This document shows, one piece after another, positions 43,326 through 50,068 of a DNA stretch of 64,000 nt. The stretch is from IMG/VR virus record IMGVR_UViG_3300046616_000188. One strand, 5' to 3'. The notes under the pieces were generated by a model, which ran no database searches, had not been told where the DNA came from, and saw only the letters and a list, made by a program, of their open reading frames with translations. Numbering within the stretch: the stretch's first letter is position 1; every line of letters begins with the position of its first letter. The DNA comes from a virus. A program made the translations under genes and the position numbers.

Positions 43326-43466
43326 TTACAGAATAGAATTCTGCCTAGCAATTTCCCTGATATCACATCGTGAGATACCAAGATCGGCAAGTTCCCTATT
43401 TGTCAAACGCTCTAGCTCACGAACCGTTTGACGCTGCTTCTTCCACTTATTGAGAAAATTGAACAT
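43326..43466 (-). CDS. DUF1127-family small protein, 46 aa (absent from the ORF track)
   Basis: RQTVRELERLTNRELADLGISRCDI matches the DUF1127 consensus R.T.REL..L.DRELADIGI.R.DI; AAGGA RBS. Confidence 0.85.
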   Translation of the reverse strand: MFNFLNKWKKQRQTVRELERLTNRELADLGISRCDIREIARQNSIL

Positions 43467-43770
43467 GTTAATCCTTGTAATGTTCTAGTTTTCTCCTCCA
43501 CTGATCTTCTCCCAATATAAATTGGAGAAAGACTGTATTGCTTCCCATGCAATTAAATCACCAAGGGCACTTAAACTATCTGTAAAGAAAGGTGTTTACA
43601 GAGTAGAGCGGGACGGTCCACAATTCCAAAAGGCTTTTACGAAGAGCTTCCCCATTACTCACCTAATGTCGTTTTATCTAGTTCGGTGTACGCCGATCAT
43701 TCCCTCAACAGCCCTTATCGCTATGATTTGGCACATCGTACAACGTACCGGCTTATAGCTATGGTGAACT

Positions 43771-43847
43771 TGGTATCAGTGACTTGACTTGAACAAATGA
43801 CCTCTTCCTTATCAGGGAAGTGCTCTAACCAACTGAGCTACACTGAC
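43771..43847 (-). tRNA. tRNA-Ile (GAT)
   Basis: CTTCC-CT GAT AA-GGAAG; CCA. Confidence 0.92.
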
Positions 43848-43852
43848 AAACT

Positions 43853-43924
43853 GTTTCTGAAGGCAGGTTTATGACTAACCTTATTTAAGTGAGGCGGACA
43901 GTACGCGACATCACCCTTCAAAAC
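43853..43924 (-). ncRNA. Candidate 72-nt three-way-junction RNA
   Basis: GTTTTGAAGG/CCTTCAGAAAC closing stem, GTGA/TCAC arm, AGGTT/AACCT hairpin with a 7-nt loop. Confidence 0.4.
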
Positions 43925-43928
43925 TTTT

Positions 43929-44082
43929 TGTTTCTGAGCCTTCACCCTCTAGCTTTCTGCAAGACCTAGGATGACCTTCGCCGCAAATTGCGTCCAATTC
44001 GCTGACACCGTTTACCAGACCCCCGAAAGTTTCCAGACTTTCTTCGCGATAACTGACGTGCCGAAGGTGAAGCTCAGAAACA
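43929..44082 (-). ncRNA. Candidate 154-nt structured RNA
   Basis: 17-bp closing stem TGTTTCTGAGC-TTCACC/GGTGAA-G-GCTCAGAAACA; inner ACCTTCG/CGAAGGT, GAAAGT/ACTTTC. Confidence 0.6.
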
Positions 44083-44135
44083 GCACCTTTGATCCTGATA
44101 TATGACGACTTTGGGCCGCTAATTTTGGAGGTGCC

Positions 44136-44164
44136 ATTATTGTGGTTGATTTGGTTTGTGTCAA
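44136..44164 (-). promoter_or_regulatory. sigma70-like promoter upstream of the ncRNA candidates
   Basis: TTGACA-N17-AATAAT. Confidence 0.55.
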
Positions 44165-44223
44165 CGGTTTACAACCATCCGCATGTCTAGGATTGTTCCA
44201 GTAGTGCCGGAACCGTGCCAGAT

Positions 44224-44334
44224 TTACTTGCTTGCTTGAGATTTACTTGAGGCTGGTCTAACTTCTACGCCATTAATAAAAACAGCGACGTACTTAGTGC
44301 CATCAAGATTAATAATTTCTTTAGTCGTTACCAC
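44224..44334 (-). CDS. Possible 36-aa protein
   Basis: GTG start after GAGG, overlaps the upstream stop; MVTTKEIINLDGTKYVAVFINGVEV... Confidence 0.35.
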   Translation of the reverse strand: MVTTKEIINLDGTKYVAVFINGVEVRPASSKSQASK

Positions 44335-44524
44335 GAGTCACCTCTCCATAAAATTTCAGGTGAATGATGGTTCTTCCGGTCGGGTACGGATAACCATCAT
44401 CCCCATCTACATATTCTCTTTCGATATTTACGTCCCTTACATTAACTCTCTTACCGTCTAGAATAACGTTAAAGCTTTTGGCTTCATCTGGATCAGCCGG
44501 AATTGAATTAATATAAAGATTCAT
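44321..44524 (-). CDS. Hypothetical protein
   Basis: 67 aa; start moved out of tRNA-Met. Confidence 0.6.
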   Translation of the reverse strand: MNLYINSIPADPDEAKSFNVILDGKRVNVRDVNIEREYVDGDDGYPYPTGRTIIHLKFYGEVTRGND

Positions 44525-44540
44525 TTCACACTCTATGTTT

Positions 44541-44617
44541 TGGTTGCGGGTGTCAGAATCGAACTGACGTGATTGGCTTATGAGACCATGCTGGAACCGC
44601 CTCCAGTCCAACCCGCA
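44541..44617 (-). tRNA. tRNA-Met (CAT), initiator-like acceptor stem
   Basis: TGGT-CT CAT AA-GCCA; TGCGGGT/ACCCGCA; CCA; lacks the three G-C pairs of bacterial initiators. Confidence 0.85.
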
Positions 44618-44645
44618 GAATTTTTTTATTTCATTTAATGCGTAA

Positions 44646-44674
44646 ACTATAACACAGGTTTTTCAAAATGTCAA
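44646..44674 (-). promoter_or_regulatory. sigma70-like promoter at the head of the tRNA array
   Basis: TTGACA-N17-TATAGT. Confidence 0.8.
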
Positions 44675-44976
44675 GAGTTAATTTTGTAATTTTTATTAAA
44701 TTCTTTATTTCCCATGATATTAAATGTGCCGTCGTCATTAAAAATTACATAATCATTGACATGAACTGTGTAAGACTCAATCGTCAGTCCGTATGTGCCG
44801 TGGCGATCATGATTAAAGTCTAGACGGAAACCGGAACGCTCTTTATCGAAATTTAAAAGAAAATCTGCGCAGTTATATTGTTGAAACAGGTACTCAATAA
44901 GTGAAAGCGCGTTGGTGTAATTGAATTGAGTAGCTTTGACATTGTCAGCTACTTTGGTGTAAGATTTAAACATCAA
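44671..44976 (-). CDS. Hypothetical protein (paralog 3 of a KY..K..V.A.Q / G.Y.. family)
   Basis: KSYTKVADNVKATQF ... NDYVIF ... EFNKNYK. Confidence 0.7.
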   Translation of the reverse strand: MMFKSYTKVADNVKATQFNYTNALSLIEYLFQQYNCADFLLNFDKERSGFRLDFNHDRHGTYGLTIESYTVHVNDYVIFNDDGTFNIMGNKEFNKNYKINS

Positions 44977-45266
44977 ACAACCTCAGATGTGACTAGATAC
45001 AATCGTGCAAACTCTTCCTGAGTATAAACAGTATGTGCAATGTTATGCCAAATAATATACGACCCTACAACAATGTCGGAGCGTTCCGAAACTTCTTCTT
45101 CAGAAACGTTTTTATAAAAATAAAGTCCATTAGAGTGGATATCGATGTTTACATTTTTATCCTTGTAACGCTCCAAGAGCCAAAGCCTTACCTCACTCTT
45201 ATTTTCTTCCGTCATGAGGAAGCATTCAAACTCAGGCGGCTTATTCATTACAATGTACTTAGGCAT
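44973..45266 (-). CDS. Hypothetical protein (paralog 2)
   Basis: KYIVMNKPPEFECFLM ... GSYIIW ... EFARLYL. Confidence 0.65.
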   Translation of the reverse strand: MPKYIVMNKPPEFECFLMTEENKSEVRLWLLERYKDKNVNIDIHSNGLYFYKNVSEEEVSERSDIVVGSYIIWHNIAHTVYTQEEFARLYLVTSEVV

Positions 45267-45537
45267 AGTCTTTAATCCATTCTTCGATGATTGATTTGGT
45301 AACAGCGCCGATCTTAGTCGCGACCAGTTCTCCAGCCTCGTTATAGATTTGAATCGTCGGCGTTGCTTTGATTTTCTGCTGATCAGCTATATCAGGGTTT
45401 TCGTCAATGTCAATCACTTTGTGACGAAACCCATCTAAATTTTTAACTAGGAACTGAGACGGAGCGTCCCACGACGTGACATAAGCCGTAATGAAATAAT
45501 TAGTCAAGAACTCTGTTCCACTTTGTAAGGTCATCAC
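45259..45537 (-). CDS. Thioredoxin-fold protein lacking both active-site cysteines
   Basis: WDAPS in place of WCGPC; IDENPDIA...KATPT...ATKIGAVTK aligns with the Trx C-terminal half; start could be TTG 45507. Confidence 0.8.
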   Translation of the reverse strand: MMTLQSGTEFLTNYFITAYVTSWDAPSQFLVKNLDGFRHKVIDIDENPDIADQQKIKATPTIQIYNEAGELVATKIGAVTKSIIEEWIKDYA

Positions 45538-45877
45538 TGTCAGTGGGCCATGACTTTGGGATATATGGATTTAATACAGGATCATATTTTACAGGCACTA
45601 CCGCAATCGGTACAGGCTCGAAAACTTCGTTGAACTGCTCTACGCTCAGGAAATCATAATCCTTATCGTCAAAAACGACATATTCACCCTCAGATATATC
45701 TATATAGTAATCTCCCGCACTGACAAAAAGTACGCCATCTTCATTCAGGCTTACGTTGAAGATAACTCTATCATTAGTTCTTTTTTGAATATTATCTAGG
45801 ATTTTCCCTAAATTATTTAAATTCAATTGAAGCGCAGTGACTTCCGAATTTTTCGGTCTATATTTAACATCAGTCAT
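45500..45877 (-). CDS. Hypothetical protein (paralog 1)
   Basis: KYRPKNSEVTALQL ... GEYVVF ... QFNEVFEPV. Confidence 0.75.
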   Translation of the reverse strand: MTDVKYRPKNSEVTALQLNLNNLGKILDNIQKRTNDRVIFNVSLNEDGVLFVSAGDYYIDISEGEYVVFDDKDYDFLSVEQFNEVFEPVPIAVVPVKYDPVLNPYIPKSWPTDSDDLTKWNRVLD

Positions 45878-45912
45878 TAAATGAAAAGCTCCACAAATTT
45901 AATTATGGAGCC

Positions 45913-45941
45913 TTTGTAACATAATGATTTGGAAAAGTCAA
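45913..45941 (-). promoter_or_regulatory. sigma70-like promoter
   Basis: TTGACT-N17-TACAAA. Confidence 0.55.
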
Positions 45942-45948
45942 GCAAAAA

Positions 45949-46275
45949 TTAAAGCTGTGATGCTCTTTTCCATAACGCGTCTAGATCAGCTTCCGTCATG
46001 CCTTGCAGCATCCCGAAAACACTTACGAATTTATTATTCCGTTTAAAAACCGTTGCGCCACACAATTGCATATTAGCATCGAATTGTTCATCTGCCGGAA
46101 GCGCTGCGATGAAATTAACGAACTGCGCCGGTAGTGTGCCAGTCATAACGGCCCCAAGGGCTGCTTCTTTAGTGATTAGGCCCATGATAGCCAGTTCCTG
46201 AAAGAATTGGCGATCACTAATTTCCGTTGGCACGAAATCTTCTGTTACAGCATTTCCCCATAATCTAGGTGCCAT
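45949..46275 (-). CDS. Putative tail-fibre accessory protein
   Basis: ISDRQFFQEL...ATVFKRNN..V..FG; directly after the fibre gene. Confidence 0.6.
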   Translation of the reverse strand: MAPRLWGNAVTEDFVPTEISDRQFFQELAIMGLITKEAALGAVMTGTLPAQFVNFIAALPADEQFDANMQLCGATVFKRNNKFVSVFGMLQGMTEADLDALWKRASQL

Positions 46276-46278
46276 GTC

Positions 46279-48450
46279 TTAACTCCACTGTTGTACCGCG
46301 CCTGAAATAAGCGCATTTTTGTCGTTTAATATTCTGACACGGTATTTCATTGAGGTGCCTGAAGGCTGAGACGAAATGCTTGCCGTGCCCTCATACTGCC
46401 TAATGCCGCTGTAATTCTCTGTCAGTCCGAGAGTGACAGCGGTCCACGTCGTGCCGCCGTCGCGCGATACTTCACCAATAATGTCAGTGTTAGCCACTAA
46501 TGTTGCGCTGCCTGTGACTTGGATAGAGAGACGTGACGTGGTTGGTACGCTAAGTGCTGTGACAGGAACAGATTCCAAAGTCATATTGCTGTAAGTAACA
46601 GAATTTGTTCTGACTTCCATACCAGTGATATAATATCTAGCTGCCTGTGAAGCGGCGGTGTAGCCTGTTGGTGCAGCAATTGATGCCTCAGCCGCGCTCG
46701 CTTTAAAGTAGTTTGAGTAGCTTTGGCCTACATCTATTGCTGAACATATAGTAGTATTTGTTGGAATATCAAATGCAACTACGAGATCGTTGCCAACGGT
46801 GCCTATGTCAAAATTGATCCAATCACTCCATATTTCTGTGTTGGGAGATATTGTGATATTGTTACTGCCGCCGTTATACGTGACTCGAACAGGGGTAGTG
46901 CTAACAGTATCCATGTGCCAAGCGCTACCTGAAGACGCTTTCCTTCCAAGAAACGTATTGTTTATAATTGATGTACCAGAACCTCCAGTTAGGCGGATTC
47001 TGAAAGAAGTTCCTCCAGTTGAAAGCGCGGTAGAGTCAAGTACAGTTCTAAGAGCATAGCTTGACGAAGCTGTAGATTCCGTAGAAGTTTTTACTGACAA
47101 GGCGGTTGTCCCAGCACTGGTGGGGTAATAATTATCATTAGTGAAATCGTAAACTTGATTTGTAGTGCTAGTTCCAGATGCTAAGGCATATGGGGCGTTA
47201 GGCGGTGTGAAATTAGCGGTCCAACGCGCCGAAGAGCTAATTCTATACTCATCCAAGAAGAGATTTGATCCACTTAGATTATAGGCAGCACCTATGATAG
47301 GACGATTTGCATACGCTGATATGCTAGTGCCATCCGTGAATGCAGAACCTTCTTGAACACCGTTTAGGTATATTTTAGTTACACCTGAACTTCTTACAAG
47401 GGCCACGTGATACCAAGTATTCGCCACGATGAGGTTTGTACCGGTAATTCTAGTAGCACCTGTGGAATAATACGAAAGAACATTTGTCGTCGTAATATAG
47501 AAAACAGAGTTAATAGAACCCGGAGACGAATCAGGTCGTGAATCGTAGATATAATCTGAAACATTTACAGCGGGTCGTCTTACCCAAGCGTCAATCGTGA
47601 AATCTCCAGTGCCAAATCCATATTTCAAATATTGATATGGGTTTACTAGTGCGCCTCCCGCCATGCTAAGGCAGGAACCTCCAAATTTTGACTGAGCCGT
47701 GGTAATAGCGGCATTTCCATACACGTCCCATCTTGGTTTAGATGTTAGCGGGCCGAAGCCAGAATCAATTGCTACTTTCTTTGCATTTGTTTCATCAAAA
47801 TGTAGGCAAGTAATTGTGTCGGCATCAATTCCGTTATATACTGTGCCAATATTAATTCCATCTTCAGAATCATAAGGGTCAGCGATTCCGCCTGCCATAC
47901 CGTTTCGAATGCCTTTAATATCAGCCATATCGAGGGCGAGGATAGAGATATTTTTATTTGCCACGTCAAGGCCTACAGCGTTAGCACTCGCCGTGGTTCC
48001 ATTCGCAGTTATATTAGATTCAATAGTTACGAGTGAGGCTTCTAATGTGCCCGCGCCGCGAGTCACCAACGTTGTGGTATAGTCACCTGAAGTAGGATTG
48101 ACGTTGCCTGATCTGCCGTTGAAAGAGGAAACACCAGCAACAGCACCAGTCGCAACACCGGCCCAATATTTGGCGGAACGTTTACCCGGCTCTACTTCGT
48201 TAGGACTTTCGGCCCATAACGCAGCTTTATCGCTGAAACCTGAAGCAGACGTTGCAGCGGCTTGTGCCATGGTGACGAAACCACCAGCCGTCGTGCCGAT
48301 CTGAGCATAAAATTTTGAAATGCTTGGGACCGAGCCAGTATCAATCCCGATATCTTGAGAAGAACTTCCGTTGACAATGTTATCAAGGCGCGTCATGTTG
48401 ACGCTTAGCTTGTCAATTTTTGCTTGAATCTCTGTAGCACTGTCGGCCAT
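46279..48450 (-). CDS. Tail fibre with a concanavalin A-like/LamG domain
   Basis: N-terminal NG.....I.T..VPSISK anchor; FGTGDFTIDAWV...WYHVALVR...LDEYRIS. Confidence 0.82.
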   Translation of the reverse strand: MADSATEIQAKIDKLSVNMTRLDNIVNGSSSQDIGIDTGSVPSISKFYAQIGTTAGGFVTMAQAAATSASGFSDKAALWAESPNEVEPGKRSAKYWAGVATGAVAGVSSFNGRSGNVNPTSGDYTTTLVTRGAGTLEASLVTIESNITANGTTASANAVGLDVANKNISILALDMADIKGIRNGMAGGIADPYDSEDGINIGTVYNGIDADTITCLHFDETNAKKVAIDSGFGPLTSKPRWDVYGNAAITTAQSKFGGSCLSMAGGALVNPYQYLKYGFGTGDFTIDAWVRRPAVNVSDYIYDSRPDSSPGSINSVFYITTTNVLSYYSTGATRITGTNLIVANTWYHVALVRSSGVTKIYLNGVQEGSAFTDGTSISAYANRPIIGAAYNLSGSNLFLDEYRISSSARWTANFTPPNAPYALASGTSTTNQVYDFTNDNYYPTSAGTTALSVKTSTESTASSSYALRTVLDSTALSTGGTSFRIRLTGGSGTSIINNTFLGRKASSGSAWHMDTVSTTPVRVTYNGGSNNITISPNTEIWSDWINFDIGTVGNDLVVAFDIPTNTTICSAIDVGQSYSNYFKASAAEASIAAPTGYTAASQAARYYITGMEVRTNSVTYSNMTLESVPVTALSVPTTSRLSIQVTGSATLVANTDIIGEVSRDGGTTWTAVTLGLTENYSGIRQYEGTASISSQPSGTSMKYRVRILNDKNALISGAVQQWS

Positions 48451-48490
48451 TAATTAATATCCCAAATATAAAAATAGTGTTATAGCAGAA

Positions 48491-48519
48491 ACTATAACAC
48501 TATTTTTTAAAAAAGTCAA
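48491..48519 (-). promoter_or_regulatory. sigma70-like promoter
   Basis: TTGACT-N17-TATAGT. Confidence 0.8.
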
Positions 48520-48543
48520 GTTTTAAATACTTATGTCAAAATT

Positions 48544-48810
48544 TTAATACGCACTAACAGCAGCTTTAGCGCCGCCGCCTGTATTATCAGATTTAATAAA
48601 TACGTTATTAGAGCCTAGATCGTTTAGTTTGACTGTCTCGTTACGATTAATCTGGTGCCCCGTCACGTTGGCTAGATCAGTATCAGCTGCTGCTACGGCG
48701 TAACGTAGCGGAATGGTCGAAGTATTCGTGATAACGACTGTAGCTTTCGATGTTGATACTTGGGTCCACGCGCTGTTAGCGAGGGTGAAGTCTGCTGTTA
48801 ATGCTGCCAT
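48544..48810 (-). CDS. Small putative virion protein
   Basis: 88 aa, beta-rich; similar pattern to 54132..54392. Confidence 0.6.
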   Translation of the reverse strand: MAALTADFTLANSAWTQVSTSKATVVITNTSTIPLRYAVAAADTDLANVTGHQINRNETVKLNDLGSNNVFIKSDNTGGGAKAAVSAY

Positions 48811-48833
48811 GATATAGTCTCACTTTTTAAAGA

Positions 48834-50045
48834 TTAAACAAATTTGTAATAAGGATCAAGGTACGGTACGAAACCAGCTGCTACAACAGCAGCCATATCA
48901 GCATGTACCGATGAGCCGGGGTGAATCTGATCGCTTGGGTACGTGGTATAATCACCAGCTGCGGCGTTCGTGTCGTAATATTGATCTACTAAGCCATCAG
49001 CGCCAGCCGCAAGCCAAGTATTGTAATCAGTTCTGATCGTGTTCTGAGCCCCACTGAAAGTACCACGAGGAATGATTGCCGTGGCATGGATGCGAGGGCG
49101 GAAACCGTAAGGTCCTGTCAGGGTGCGACCATAACCAGCAATATCAGTGAAACGGGCTTGCATCGTTGCAAGTGAAGCACCGGACGCGATATCGTTCGTG
49201 CCTAGCTGAATCAGAATATCAGTTGCGTATTTCCAAACTTGCTTCTGCAACGGCGCATCGGCAATTTCTTGGTTGTTAAGTGAATTAGCGTCAATGGTTT
49301 GTTTATGCCAAGGCACAATAAGGCCATTGACGTTTTGGAACGCACGTGTTAGAAATCCCTGAGTCGTTGAAGTGTTTGTATCATTAAGGTAAGTAGCAAT
49401 ACTATCACCTACAATAACAACGCTGGCTAATGGAGCATCTGGAATGCCGAGAATCATCATTGGCCATACAGCTGGTCCGCTTCCCGTACCGCTGTTATTT
49501 AGCGAGCCATTGCTCATTAATTGGTTACCGGAAACCGTTCTAAAACCTTGGCTCGACGGGCCGTTTAAGGTAATGACGCTTAAGGAGTCTGTATCGAGTG
49601 GTACGGTTCGATAAAATCTGGTATAAATTCTTGTGTTTTTAGGAAAAGTTAGACCAGTGATTTCATCGCTTACTAGCATTCCACCAGTGTCTAACGTGGC
49701 TGATGTGCTGCCGCCATAATTTACACGAATCGTGGTTGAACCTAGTTCAACTGATCTTTGCCATGTGCTGGTCGCGGCTGGCGATGCCGCTTCTAATCCA
49801 GAACCGGGCGTGATACGAAACTGTGCGTCTAAAATTTTAACGCGGGAGCAATTGGCATTACCAATGTCGTGGCCGTTCCTGCCTTGGTTCGCGGTATAGG
49901 AGCTAGTCATCTGGACCGGAGCGCCGTTAGGAACAGAGGTAAAGCTTGCGATTAGCTGATGATTAATCGGCTTAGGTCTGACAATGCCACTGGTGCTAAG
50001 ATTAGCAACAGCGACATTTCTCTTTTTAAATCTTGAAATCGGCAT
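48834..50045 (-). CDS. SGNH/GDSL hydrolase (putative virion polysaccharide esterase)
   Basis: VGDSIA (block I), LGTND (block III), SDQIHP (block V). Confidence 0.9.
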   Translation of the reverse strand: MPISRFKKRNVAVANLSTSGIVRPKPINHQLIASFTSVPNGAPVQMTSSYTANQGRNGHDIGNANCSRVKILDAQFRITPGSGLEAASPAATSTWQRSVELGSTTIRVNYGGSTSATLDTGGMLVSDEITGLTFPKNTRIYTRFYRTVPLDTDSLSVITLNGPSSQGFRTVSGNQLMSNGSLNNSGTGSGPAVWPMMILGIPDAPLASVVIVGDSIATYLNDTNTSTTQGFLTRAFQNVNGLIVPWHKQTIDANSLNNQEIADAPLQKQVWKYATDILIQLGTNDIASGASLATMQARFTDIAGYGRTLTGPYGFRPRIHATAIIPRGTFSGAQNTIRTDYNTWLAAGADGLVDQYYDTNAAAGDYTTYPSDQIHPGSSVHADMAAVVAAGFVPYLDPYYKFV

Positions 50046-50068
50046 TTTATTTATTACTCTCTAAGAAA

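Noticed and set aside
43929-44082. Minimal RNase P RNA (GAAGAAAGUCUGG resembles CR-I; GCAGAA resembles CR-V)
   Set aside because: The sequence after CAGAA cannot form the 8-bp P4 helix with the CR-I strand; the two segments are direct repeats rather than complements
38840-44611. ORF-track starts located inside tRNA genes (38213, 38840, 44611) or inside early promoter palindromes (60249, 61486, 63158, 63572)
   Set aside because: Downstream ATGs with proper RBS exist; the upstream extensions are read-through of RNA genes or promoters
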